A stretch of DNA of 64,000 nt, taken from Eledone cirrhosa (taxonomy: Eukaryota). The notes under the pieces are model-generated. The model was not told the DNA's origin. It did no database searches and saw only the letters and a program-made list of their open reading frames with translations. Position numbers and translations under genes: made by a program. The stretch lies in assembly GCA_964016885.1 (NCBI GenBank), contig OZ024741.1, forward strand, positions 213,280,001 through 213,344,000. The letters run 5' to 3'. Below, in pieces: positions 38,690 to 52,330 of this stretch; the stretch's first letter is position 1, and each line of letters opens with the position of its first letter.

Positions 38690-38830
38690 CCGCAGGTGTG
38701 AGCCTTGCGATCTGAAATGATTTTCCAACGCTCCTACCTCACCATCCTCCGGCGAAATCCCTTCTCTACTCCGTCTGCCGCGCCCGCCGCGTGGCCAGCG
38801 CCTGGGCTCCCGTTTGCTTATAATAGTGTG
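38690..38830 (-). promoter_or_regulatory. Candidate promoter / first exon of a minus-strand host gene
   Basis: The most conspicuous non-transposon GC/CpG-rich patch in the window. Minus-strand TATAA at 38818-22; GCCGGAGG-ATG|GTGAGG at 38745-38737; alternative donor GTGAGT at 38022-17. Confidence 0.4.
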
Positions 38831-39107
38831 TCTGTGTGTGTGTGTGCGAGCGAGCGAGAGAGAGAGGGAGTGAGAGCGAGAGAGAGGGGGAGAGAGAGAA
38901 AGAAAGAGAGAGAGAGTGAGAGAGGGAGAGAGGGAGAAAGAGAGTGAGTGAAAGGGAGAGAATATCAACTCACACACTCACATGATAAGACAACTATAGA
39001 AGCCGTTACTATCTTAATATGTAGCAGCAATTCACGCCTGTTTTAAAACAGATATAAATAAATCCTAACAAATATTTTGCAGTTAGTTATATTTTATTTT
39101 ATAGATT

Positions 39108-39293
39108 AATTGTTTCTACTTGAGGCACAAGGCCAGCAATTCACCAGTGCATTACTGGTACTTTATTCTATCGACCCTGTAAGGATAAAAGGCAAAGTCA
39201 ACCTCGGCGGGATTTGAACTCAGATCGTAAAGGGACGTAACTATGCTGGAAAGCATGGCGTCCGACCCTCTACCGATACTGCCAATCCACCGC
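39108..39293 (-). mobile_element. Young full-length SINE with TSD AGATTAAT
   Basis: Near-consensus copy with a flanking direct repeat. Confidence 0.88.
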
Positions 39294-39534
39294 AGATTAA
39301 TAAACTGCAACTACTCAAACACATAACATACAAAGTGCTATCACTCAATTAAATCAAATTAGAATTAAATTCAGCCCACTATATTAGGACGAAGAAGACG
39401 CACGTCATCAGGCCACAATCACCCTCAATATCTAGTTTCTGTTGAGTTGTGGCTACCAGATTAATTAGTATCGTATATCTTTCATTCTAATTTTCCTAAT
39501 GTATGGGGCTCTTGTGGAAAGTAAATGAAATCAT

Positions 39535-40372
39535 TTAACCTTTCATCCTTACAGGGTCGATAAAATAAAGTACCAGTAATGTACTGGTTAATTGCTGGCC
39601 TTGTGCCAATAGTAGAAACAATTATTGTTATCACTACAAGGGTGGTGGATCAGTGGTATCGGTAGAACGTCATACAATAGCTTTGTAGCATATAGTTACC
39701 TACCTGTACGTTCTGAATTCAAATCCTTCCGAGGTTAAATTTGTCTTTCATGTAAAGGGACGTAACTATATGCCACAAAGCTGTTGTTTGACGCTCTACC
39801 GATACTACCAATCCACCACCCTTGTAGTGATAACAATAATTGTTTCTACTTTTGGCACATTTGCCACAAGACTCCAATACCAGTAATGCACTGGAATAAA
39901 TTGAGTCGACTTTCCTCTTCCCCGAAGAAATTGTTGGCCTTGTGCCTAAATCAGAAAACATTAGCGGGTACTAGATTACCATATCGGTAGTGCGTTGGAC
40001 ACCATGCTTGGTTGCATAGAGTTACGTCCCTTTACGTTCTGAGTTTAAATCCGCCGACGTTAGGTTTGTCTTTCATCCTTCCAGTGTCGATAAAATAAAA
40101 TACCAGTAATACACTGGGGTCATTTTAATCGACTGTCACGTTCCCCCAAAGAATAGCGGGCTTGTGCATAAACTAGAAACCAGGTGAATTGGCAGTATCG
40201 GTAGAGGGCTGGACGCCATGCTTTCTAGCATAATTACATCCCTTTACGGTCTGAGTTCAAATCCCGCCGAGGTTAACTTTGCCTTTCATCCTTATGGGAT
40301 CGATACAATAAAGTACCAGTAATGTACTGGTTAATTGCTGGCCTTGTGCCAAAAGTAGAAACAATTATTATT
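39535..40372 (+). mobile_element. SINE cluster with a locally inverted segment
   Basis: Consensus units; about 39605-39700 is mirrored at 39755-39858. Confidence 0.75.
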
Positions 40373-40539
40373 GTAATTTGGTTTATTCTTTCTGCTATTC
40401 CTTCCTTCCATTCCCACTCCCTCCGAAAAAAAAAAAAAAGAAAAAACTCTACGACAGTTAATTTCCTGTCTGGTAGAACTTCCGCTTTACCCATAGGCCA
40501 TTAATTCTGCTGCTACTTTGATACCATTTTTCAATATGT

Positions 40540-41195
40540 ATCCACCACCAGCACTATTACCACCACCACCTCCACCACCAGCACTATTACCACCACCACC
40601 TCCACCACTATTTCCCCCCGCCACTGCCAGCATAACAACAACAATATCACCACCACTATTACCACCACCACCTCCACCACTATTTCCAACGCCACCGCCA
40701 GCATAACAACAACAACAATAACACCACCACTATTACCACCACCACCTCCACCACTATTTCCCCTCGCCACCGCCAGCATAACAACAACAATAACACCACC
40801 ACTATATTACTACCACCACCTCCACCACTATTTCCCCTCGCCACCGCCAGCATAACAACAACAATAACACCACCACTATTACCACCACTACCTCCACCAC
40901 CACCAACAACAACAACAACACCATCCCCACCAGTATGACCTCAACCTTTCCCGCCAACACCACCAATATTACCATTATTACAGCCACCACCACTACCACT
41001 ACTTCCTATATCCACTATTAGTACTACTACTACTACTAGTACTACTACTACTACTACGACTACTACTACTACCACCACCCCCACCACCACTGCCACAAAG
41101 CTCTATGACTATTACCATCACCACCTACTACAATTATTACTATCATCACCTGCTATTAATACCACCACTACTACTACTATTACTACTACTACTAT

Positions 41196-41238
<43 letters not shown>

Positions 41239-41272
41239 GCAGCTGGTGCTGCTGCTGGTGCTGCTGCTGCTG

Positions 41273-41311
<39 letters not shown>

Positions 41312-41313
41312 TA

Positions 41314-41404
<91 letters not shown>

Positions 41405-41405
41405 T
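40540..41405. repeat. (CCA/CTA/CAA)n compound triplet repeats
   Basis: Direct inspection. Confidence 0.9.
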
Positions 41406-41642
41406 GTTCTCAGCCAGAACATCCTCCTCCTCCCTCATTTGATCTTTAGTTCATCTCTGTGTTGTATTTTACCAGTGCTTTTGTGCGTGTTTTTCCTTGT
41501 GTTTTTTGCTGTTTATTTTGTTCTGTCTTGCTTGAAATCCTCAGCAATCGCAGCTCATTAACTATTTCAATTTGTCTAAAGCATCACCGGAATACCGTGT
41601 TTATTTTTCTTATTTATAAGTAGAGTGCTATAAAAAAAGGAG

Positions 41643-41671
<29 letters not shown>

Positions 41672-41676
<5 letters not shown>

Positions 41677-43610
41677 AGGCGTTCGATAGGGTCGACCATG
41701 GTTACCTGGATGCGGTGCTAGCGGCGGCAGGCTTCGGACCCGTTTTCAGGGGCTGGATCACTGCTATGCACAGCAGCCGCATCTGCTCTAGGGTCAAGGT
41801 GAACGGCTACCTCTCGGAGCCGTTCAAAATCGCGCGGTCCATCCGACAAGGGTGCCCTCTCTCCTCCCTTCTGTATGTGTTGACTCTCGAGCCACTACTG
41901 CGGAAGTTGGAGTTGTTGCAGGGCATCCCTTTGGAACCGGGATTGCGGAAAGCGGTGTCGGCCTACGCCGATGACGTGACAGTAATGGTGTCGACGGCCT
42001 CCGAAATCGAGGCGGTCGGCACCTTACTGGAGGAGTACGAAAAGTTCACAGGGGCTAAGCTGAACCGGGACAAGTCGATCGGTTTGCAACTCGGCACGTG
42101 GAGGGGCAGACCGATGCCCTCCGATAGCGTCGTCGGACGCTGGACGGAGGGCCCGGTGAAGTTGCTCGGGGTCTGGTTCGGACCGGACCTCCAGGTGGAG
42201 AAAAACTGGGCGGAGGTTACGAACAGGGTGTTTGCACTGACCCAGAAGTGGGCCAGTTGCAAACTATCCCTGAAAGGTCGGGCGGAGGTGGCGAACACCT
42301 ACATAGCGTCCGTCATCTACTACCGCCTGACCGTAGTGCCCTGCCCAAGGGAAACCCTCACCAAGATGGAGCGCGCGCTCTTCCAATTCCTTTGGAAGAG
42401 GCGGGCTCCTATGGTGAGGAGATCCATCTGCTGTCAACACCCTTCGAAAGGAGGGCTGGGGATGCCGTGGCTAATGATGCGTAAACACGCATTAAGGCTA
42501 CGGCACCTCTACGTATTCCTCACCGGACAACCGGTGTGGGCCTCGTTTGTGAGACGAACCTTTCCCAAACTCGTCTCACTCACCGAGCTGCAATCCTGGG
42601 TCAAGCAAAGACCGAGAAAACTGGGCGCCTGGCACACTGAGTGTGCCCAGGCGCTCACCGCCCTCTGGCAGGCGGATCCGGTTATCAGTGGAGACTCCAC
42701 CGCAACATTCTATAGAGGGCTGGTACGCAGCAGGTGCGACGACGCCCTCGGAGAAGCTCTAGACATGGAGGAGGACGAACTGGCCAGCCTGTTCGGTAGG
42801 ACATTCAGCCCGGGACCTATGGACAACTTCCAGAAGTCCCTGGCCTGGCAGTGCTACCGAGGGGCTTTACCCGTTCGAGAAAGGCTCTACAGACACGGGC
42901 GCCCGGGTAGGGACCCCGCCAAAAAGATCTGTCCCAGATGCGTGTGCGACGAGGAAACCGTTGCACACGCATTAGTACACTGCTCGGGCGTAGCCGATCT
43001 GTGGGGCTATGTCGAACAACTGCTGTCAAGGGTGGGACCGATCCGGTTGACCACCGAGTCGATTGTAATGATCAAGCCGCCTCCCCCCTTCAAAGATGAA
43101 GCAGAGGCGGTGTTTCTGTGCGTAATAGCCATGGCGAAAGAGGTTGTATGGTGGACGCGTCTGAAAGGACTGAGGTCGGGCACCTTTCTCTCTGGCCAAC
43201 AACTGGTCCGTTTCTTCCGATATCATTTCGGAAGAAGGATCAGGATGGAGAGAGAGGTGCTGCACCCCAGCCGTTTCTATGAAAGATGGGTGAAAGTGGC
43301 GAGAATGGCCCGTGTGAATGGGCCTTCACTCTACATCAGACTATAGGTGAGGAAGATAAAAGACCAAGGGAGCACCCCTTCTCTGTGCTCCTGAGGAGAA
43401 GGGTTGCACACTTTTTTCGGGGGTGTGTGCGACCCCCCAAGGCGCCTCCTCTCTATTGAGGATTTTGTTAAAAATTTTATTTTTTGTTATATCTTATTTT
43501 ATTTTTATATTTTGTTATTGCCTTCTCCTTATTGAGGACGCCTTTTTGTGAAAACTCCCCCCTTTGTACTTGTCCCACTTTTGATGCCCTAGTGGCAAAT
43601 AAAAGAAATA
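41672..43610 (+). mobile_element. 5'-truncated L1/Tx1 element (related subfamily) inserted in a pure (TATC)n tract
   Basis: (TATC)8 at 41643-41674 and (TATC)17 at 43611-43678. Begins at the SKAFDRVDH motif (equivalent to 33377). 3' end GTGGCAAATAAAAGAAAT matches the full-length copy. Confidence 0.95.
41674..43346 (+). CDS. Tx1-type ORF2 C-terminal half (RT domains 3-7, thumb, Cys-rich domain), uninterrupted
   Basis: IRQGCPLS, YADD, CPRC-x8-HALVHC; collinear with 33377-35042. Confidence 0.92.
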
Positions 43611-43679
<69 letters not shown>

Positions 43680-43793
43680 GTGTCTATATATATATCTATA
43701 TATATATAGATACACACACACACAAACCCACACACACGTGTGTATGCGTTCGTGTGTGTGTCTATATATATATATGTATATATATATATATAA

Positions 43794-43832
<39 letters not shown>

Positions 43833-43926
43833 TATATATAAATACATATATATAGATATATATATATATAGACACACACACACACACAAACCCACACACA
43901 CATGTGTATGCGTTCGTGTGTGTGTC

Positions 43927-43997
<71 letters not shown>

Positions 43998-43998
43998 T

Positions 43999-44030
<32 letters not shown>

Positions 44031-44259
44031 GACACACACACGAACGCATACACACGTGTGTGTGGGTTTGTGTGTGTGTGTATCTATATATATAGATATA
44101 TATATAGACACACACACACGCAAACCCACACACACATGTGTGTGGGTGTGTGTGTATGTATATCGCCTTCAGACATTTGTAGTACACGCTCATAGTTTAT
44201 TTGCCAGTCACTATGTTTTTTTAAATCTATATTTGTTTATAAATATACACTTCGTTTGA

Positions 44260-45052
44260 TACAGAAGATATAGATTTAGGTGAGGTACGTTAGTATATTG
44301 CTTAGTAGGTTTGTAAGAAGATTGGTACAGAAGATATAGATTTAGTTGTGGTACGTTAGTATATTGCTTAGTAGGTTTGTAAGAAGCTTGGTACAGAAGA
44401 TATAGATTTAGTTGTGGTACGTTAGTATATTGCTTAGTAGGTTTGTAAGAAGCTTGTTATAGAAGATATAGATTTAGTTGAGGTACGTTAGTATATTGCT
44501 TAGTAGGTTTGTAAGAAGCTTGGTACAGAAGATATAGATTTAGTTGTGGTACGTTAGTATATTGCTTAGTAGGTTTGTAAGAAGCTTGTTATAGAAGATA
44601 TAGATTTATTTGAGGTACGTCAGTATATTGCTTAGTAGGTTTGTAAGAAGCTTGGTACAGAAGATATAGATTTAGGTGAGGTACGTTAGTATATTGCTTA
44701 GTAGGTTTGTAAGAAGCTTGGTACAGAAGATATAGATTTAGATGAGGTACGTTAGTATATTGCTTAGTAGGTTTGTAAGAAGCTTGGTACCGAAGATATA
44801 GATTTAGTTGAGGTACGTTAGTATATTGCTTTTAGGTTTGTAAGAAGCTTGGTACAGAAGATATAGATTTATTTGTGGTACGTTAGTATATTGCTTAGTA
44901 GGTTTGTAAGAAGCTTGGTACAGAAGATATAGCTTTAGATGAGGTACGTTAGTATATTGCTTAGTAGATTTGTAAGAAGCTTTGTACAGAAGATATAGAT
45001 TTAGATGAGGTACGTTAGTATATTGCTTAGTAGGTTAGTAAGAAGCTTGGTA
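44260..45052. repeat. 66-bp minisatellite, about 12 copies
   Basis: Unit TACAGAAGATATAGATTTAGTTGAGGTACGTTAGTATATTGCTTAGTAGGTTTGTAAGAAGCTTGG; starts at 44260, 44326, 44392 and so on. Confidence 0.95.
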
Positions 45053-45221
45053 GATAGGAAGTTTAATGGATAACTCGAAAGATAAATAGACAGAGAGAGA
45101 TAGCAATGTAGACAGATAGAAAAGTAGAAAGATAAATACATAGATATGTAGGTGGATAAATATATGTATAGGTAGATAGTTAAAATGGTATGTACACACA
45201 GTGTCTCTCTCTTTCTCCCTA

Positions 45222-45578
<357 letters not shown>

Positions 45579-45751
45579 GTCTGCCTTTTCTACACTCTGA
45601 ACGCTATTTTCCTGGTGACGGGCAAATGACCGATACGTTGACTGTGTAAGTCACTCTCTTTAGGTTAAACGCGAAACTAATACGACTTTAGGTTAATGAT
45701 TGCTCTTGTTAGTTCGTTTCTTGATTTCTTCATATATATATATATATACAT

Positions 45752-46161
<410 letters not shown>

Positions 46162-46193
46162 AAAGAATAGAGGTGTAACACACAAGTTATTAT

Positions 46194-46375
46194 ATATTGG
46201 TAAACGGAATAGAAAATGCTGACAAATTGTTCACAGTTGAAAAATGGTTTAATTAGGAATAAAAGAGTATTAGTGATTGTATGGGTTAGTATTCAGTTGT
46301 GGTTTTAAGTTTTTAAGTTTTTACCGGTTGCGCATTTCTAAATGCTTTTCAAAAATAATGTTGAGATAGAGTGTC
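46194..46375. repeat. Unclassified interspersed repeat abutting (TA)n (second copy at 51941-52110)
   Basis: Shared TATTGGTAAACGGAATAGAAAATGCTGACAAATTGTTCACAG...GAGATAGAG. Confidence 0.7.
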
Positions 46376-46969
46376 GTTAGAGGTAATCCAGTTAGAGGTT
46401 GTGAGTACTCTGTAATGTGAATAGTTTTAACCTACAGCGTTGTTTGACTCAACAAGAGGTTTCCTTAGTTAGGTGGCGAGTTCCGTGGAATTCCTATGCA
46501 GGTTCACCACCACCACCACCACCACCACCACTATTTTCAACAATCATATTATGTTCATATATTTTTTTCACGTATATATATTTTTTTTTCACATATATAT
46601 ATATTTTTATTTATATATTTTTTATCATCTTCATTCTAACTTCTTTATTATTTATTCTTTTTCTTTTTCTTTTTCTTTTTCTTTTTCTTTTTCTTTTTCT
46701 TTTTCTTTTTCTTTCTTTACTATTGATGTTGTTATTTGAATTCTCCGCAGTATAAATACAAATATCGAGTGTAATTTTGTCAGTTATTCCGATAATTGGA
46801 TTAGGCATACACTGTATTTAAGATTGAGTTACACAACTTCAAGTGATTAGCAATCTTTAGACATCCTAATCAATGAAACAATTGTTAATACTGTAAATAA
46901 ACCCCTTTTGTACTTTTGACCATGTTATTCTTCACTCTTTCACTATATATATATACATATATATATATA

Positions 46970-48076
46970 CTAACAGCAGTACCTAGCGTTTCCTGGGTAG
47001 TTAAAATAATATCTGCTTTGATGAAAAGGTGTTGAACTTAGCGACTGCTTCGTGATGACTCATCTATGGCCACACATATGCCATGCGGGGGAGGGGGTGA
47101 TGACCTCTAACACTAAACCAAATTTCCTCACGCTACTTGATTGGAAACCGATGAATTCTCAAATACACAACTAAAAGCTCAGACGATGTCAGTGGCCATC
47201 GTTTTGCCTTTGACCATCTATAAGATGTGCAATGATAGGTTCTATCGTAGTATAAAAGTTGAACCAAATAAATTGATTTATGTGTGAGATGGAGCCGAAG
47301 TTTCGAATTTGAACGAAATCGGTTTGAAAATGTGGGAGCTAATGATAGGTCGCCGTCCCTGATCAAAAAATGCAAAGTGTAAAGGTGCAATGATAGGTTC
47401 TATCGTAGTATAAAAGTTGAACCAAATAAATTGATTTATGTGTGAGGTGGAACCGAAGTTTCGAATTTGAACGAAATCGGTTGAAAAATGTGGAAGCTAG
47501 AGCCGAAAAGGCGGAAATTTGAGCGAAAAGGTGGTATTTTCGAATATTTAAGCGGCTACTTCACAGTTCATGAACAAAAAATCCCAAATGTAAAGCCACC
47601 TTAAGACGTGAAATAATCAAATCTAGCTTAGTGTAAAATTTGAAAAAAGTAGGCTGATTAATGTGGGAGCTAGAGCCGAAAAAGCGGAAATTTGAGTCTA
47701 AAAGTGGTACTTTTAAATATTTAAGCGGCTGCCACGCCGTTCCCGAAGAACAAATGCAAAATATAAAGCCATTACAGGATGTGCAATGATAAATTCTATT
47801 TTGTTTTAAAATCTGAACGAAATCGGTGGCAAAATGTGGGAGCTAGAGCCAACAATCTTATTTTTCGATACCTAAAAAAAGGTGACCTCCCTATCGATTT
47901 TTATCTACAGAATGACCACGGAATAAAAAAAACCATACGCTGATATATAGAAAACACTCCCCGATAACTAATCTACGAGCCTGTAAAGTTTCATGACAAT
48001 CGGTCGTAAGATATAGGCCCCTATAGGTAATACACAGACACACACACACGCACATACTTAATTTTATATATATAGA
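46970..48076 (-). mobile_element. Non-autonomous Helitron with internal ~160-bp subrepeats
   Basis: Minus-strand 5' end TCTATATATATAAAA; 3' hairpin ACCCAGGAAACGCTAGGT followed by TTAG (CTAG-like) and then T; internal repeats of GAACGAAATCGG...AAAATGTGGGAGCTA. Confidence 0.7.
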
Positions 48077-48771
48077 GATATATCTATTCAAAATAGGACA
48101 AAGACAATGGAACAATGGAAAAAAAAACAACGGAGAGTGGTCAGTCCCATACCTTCAGTCGATTTCTGGAAATGACTACGGTTTCGGTGATATAAGGTCG
48201 ATAGCGTTCGTATATATGTGTGTGTTTGTGTGTGTATTCTCTTTGTTGTAGCTAATTGCTGAGTCTTGTTATGCTGGAGGTACACACAACATCATCAGAC
48301 AAGGCTTGTCCGATGACTCTCTGAGTATCCGGTTGAAACTCCAGAATAATAGGACACATCACTTTGCCATACTAACGTCCATTTAAACTATACCACGGTA
48401 TTGAATACACTCATTTTCACGATTGTCGTCAACATCACACGAATATAATTTTAGTTATGTATGGTTTCCGTCACAAAACTAACGACAAGGAACCACAGTT
48501 ATATAATACATACAATTCGAGAGTGTATATATATATATGCAGTTGAAAATTGCAAACTTGACTGTCACCACACATTGTGAACCTGAAGATTGCGAAAGCA
48601 TGGAAGTACTTGTTCAATTAACACTTAACATTTAATATTCTACCATACTATTTCATTCTAATACCATTATAATTTTAAAGGATTGTAAATAAAACGAATA
48701 AATCAGACAAAGTTGGAATTCCTTTTATTAATATAATCTTCTATACACAAACATGCACACCCGTGTATATT

Positions 48772-48815
<44 letters not shown>

Positions 48816-48817
48816 TA

Positions 48818-49003
48818 AACGAGAGCGAGCTGAATATTTACTGCTTTGGGGTAAAAGAAGATACAGGAGGATCACTCAATTGTGATTTTATTCAACATAG
48901 TCCCCCTATCAGATTCTCACACTTATTGCACCGGCTGCACCTCTAACAATTCTAACATTTCGCAATACCATTAAGGGCAGCAACATTTCAGCACCACCTC
49001 ATA
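48818..49003. mobile_element. Mariner-type MITE
   Basis: Imperfect TIRs ACGAGAGCGAGCTGAATATTT / AACATTTCAGCACCACCTCATA in a TA context. Confidence 0.55.
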
Positions 49004-49009
49004 TATATG

Positions 49010-49084
<75 letters not shown>

Positions 49085-49087
<3 letters not shown>

Positions 49088-51765
49088 ATGAAATATAAGA
49101 ATCAAAGAACTGTTCAAAACATTATTGTGCTTACAGCTGTTTCCTCCAAACCGAGGTTTGGATTCTTCGGATTTATTAATGCATGGACAGTTATATGACC
49201 TCCTTTTCAGCCGAGAGACATACCAATACATATTCAAACATTGATACATATTCAAACATTGTGGGTCAACATTCATTACAGAATTTAGAGTGGCAGTACA
49301 CACTTCGAGATTACATTTATATTAATAGGTACAATCAAAAATCAAAGATATAGGTTAAAGTACAACATGAAGATAAGTGGTTATATAGTGCAAACGTTAT
49401 ATGTGTGGCACGCATGTGCGTCTTGTTTATATAGTGTGGCAGAGAGATATGTGTGGTAGAGGCACTTAGGTAGGTAAATAAGAGTGTTAGGTTGTTAGAT
49501 CTGGTGGCAAAATCTTTATATGATTGATATAGTTTGTGTGTGGAGAAATATTATAAGCATTAAAGATAGTGCAAGCATTAAAAGTGTTATAAGTATTGGA
49601 GATGCACAGCGCAGGGATGTCAAGTAATTCATGTACTTCGGCATTTTCATGGTCAAGAGAGTGTATATTTCGATTATATGCCTTTCACATAATCCACGAC
49701 AATCCAGTTAGAGATCGTAGTCTGGTGTTCTTTAGTTCGATACAGGAGGTTGTTACGTTTCGAGAAACGCCATTGAATACCGGAAGTGTGTGTGTGGCTA
49801 AGGGGAGTTAATGCATGCGGGGAGGTAACTCTGGGGTTTCTATATCTAGCCATTAAAATGTGTCCCAATATAGACCCTAAATTCTATGGTGAAGTGCACC
49901 TTCCAAGAGAGACTTTTAAAGCATAAAGTGTATTAACTATAGAGTAGTTTAACTAAGTTATGCTGAAGGTGATCATATTATTATTATGGTGGATTAACCC
50001 ATCTTAAGGTGCTACAAATGGAAATTATAGATGATGAGCGAGGATTCTAAATTAATGATCTCTGTGGTTGTAGTCTGCTCATATGACCAGGCGCGGTGAT
50101 TGCAGGATTGCTTCAGGACCCAATGATCTCTGGTAAGATCTGGGTCATCGCTTGCTACATTGGATGTCGAAAGATAATCGTCCCCAGGCAGGCCAAAGGT
50201 CAATCCGCAGTCCTCGCGACCCCTCTCTGACCGTCAGATCATCCATATACGTACAACCCGCACGGCAGTTGCATTGCATTCACTCACTGCGCTCAGCAGC
50301 CCGGTCCTACTGGTCAACAGCGCTACTCGATTAAATCATTTTACATCTGTCTAAGGAGGGTGTTTCCTCTGCCCAACACCATCCAACCGATCAATTCATG
50401 CTCAAATTACCCTTAGAGCGGTGTAGTGTCGTTCAAGTGGGTGGATGTTGTCACACCTGCCGTAGAGGTATAAATGGGCAGAGGAAACACCCTCCTTAGA
50501 CAGATGTAAAATGCTTTAATCTAGTAACGCTGTTGACCAGTAGGACCGGGCTGCTGAGCGCAGTGAGTGAATGCAATGCAACTGCCGTGCGGGTTGTACG
50601 TATATGGATGATCTGACGGTCAGAGAGGGGTCGCGAGGACTGCGGATTGACCTTTGGCCTGCCTGGGGACGATTATCTTTCGACATCCAATGTAGCAAGC
50701 GATGACCCAGATCTTACCAGAGATCATTGGGTCCTGAAGCAATCCTGCAATCACCGCGCCTGGTCATATGAGCAGACTACAACCACAGAGATCATTAATT
50801 TAGAATCCTCGCTCATCATCTATAATTTCCATTTGTAGCACCTTAAGATGGGTTAATCCACCATAATAATAATATGATCACCTTCAGCATAACTTAGTTA
50901 AACTACTCTATAGTTAATACACTTTATGCTTTAAAAGTCTCTCTTGGAAGGTGCACTTCACCATAGAATTTAGGGTCTATATTGGGACACATTTTAATGG
51001 CTAGATATAGAAACCCCAGAGTTACCTCCCCGCATGCATTAACTCCCCTTAGCCACACACACACTTCCGGTATTCAATGGCGTTTCTCGAAACGTAACAA
51101 CCTCCTGTATCGAACTAAAGAACACCAGACTACGATCTCTAACTGGATTGTCGTGGATTATGTGAAAGGCATATAATCGAAATATACACTCTCTTGACCA
51201 TGAAAATGCCGAAGTACATGAATTACTTGACATCCCTGCGCTGTGCATCTCCAATACTTATAACACTTTTAATGCTTGCACTATCTTTAATGCTTATAAT
51301 ATTTCTCCACACACAAACTATATCAATCATATAAAGATTTTGCCACCAGATCTAACAACCTAACACTCTTATTTACCTACCTAAGTGCCTCTACCACACA
51401 TATCTCTCTGCCACACTATATAAACAAGACGCACATGCGTGCCACACATATAACGTTTGCACTATATAACCACTTATCTTCATGTTGTACTTTAACCTAT
51501 ATCTTTGATTTTTGATTGTACCTATTAATATAAATGTAATCTCGAAGTGTGTACTGCCACTCTAAATTCTGTAATGAATGTTGACCCACAATGTTTGAAT
51601 ATGTATCAATGTTTGAATATGTATTGGTATGTCTCTCGGCTGAAAAGGAGGTCATATAACTGTCCATGCATTAATAAATCCGAAGAATCCAAACCTCGGT
51701 TTGGAGGAAACAGCTGTAAGCACAATAATGTTTTGAACAGTTCTTTGATTCTTATATTTCATATA
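49085..51765. repeat. Long near-perfect inverted repeat: arms 49085-50375 and 50475-51765 (1291 bp), 99-bp spacer
   Basis: Mirror ORFs in the track all sum to coordinate 100850; the only mismatches noticed are three at about 50323-50337 / 50513-50527. Confidence 0.95.
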
Positions 51766-51927
51766 ACTGCTCTGTAAATCATCTGATGTTCTTACATTGA
51801 GCTACTTAACTTACTGGTAATAAGGTAGTAATACATTACTGCCTACCACTATTTAGGGTGTGTGTAAAATACTTACAACTGCTTAAGGTTTTGTATTTAC
51901 ATAACCATAAATAGTATAACTAATACT
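50475..51927 (+). mobile_element. Degraded PLE 3' portion (GIY-YIG remnant + pLTR) forming the right arm and tail of the palindrome
   Basis: Frameshifted LYALKV...VYIG...LMARYRN...NWIVVDYVK.YN motifs. Hammerhead-like CCGAAGA-ATCCAAACC-TC-GGTTTGGAG-GAAA-CAGCTG-TA at 51680-51718. Ends in (TA)n. Confidence 0.6.
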
Positions 51928-52330
51928 ATATATATATATATATTGGTAAACGGAATAGAAAATGCTGACAAATTGTTCACAGTGAAAAATAGTTTAATTA
52001 GGAATAAGTGAGAATTAGTAATAGTATTGGTTAGTATTCAGTTTTGGTTTTAAGTTTTACCGATTGCGCATTTCTAATGTTTTTCAAAAATAATTTTGAG
52101 ATAGAGCGTCCGTGATGTTTGCTCTGATCTGATTAGTTTTGGGAATTCTACCTGTTTTTGTGTTAAAAAAGTGGCTCCAGCGGTATTAAAATAAGTTTTG
52201 CGCCAATTCGTGTTGCAAAAATTCTTGTGGTCAATATATATATATATATATATGTGTAATGAAGTTTCCGTTGAAAATTGAAAAAGTCATAGGAGTGAAG
52301 AGTGCTCTATGTAAGTACCAGAGCAAAATT

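Noticed and set aside
44260-45052. 66-bp array as a CRISPR array or a 22-aa repeat protein
   Set aside because: There are no unique spacers, the context is eukaryotic, and the one mostly open frame is broken by stops in some units.
46814-46901. Hammerhead-like remnants here and near 8265-8305, 45630-45660 and 62788-62820
   Set aside because: One of the two core boxes is missing or mutated in each, so they are at best dead pLTR relics.
50590-50620. YMDDL resembling an RT catalytic motif inside the palindrome
   Set aside because: No flanking RT motifs are in frame, so it cannot be distinguished from chance.
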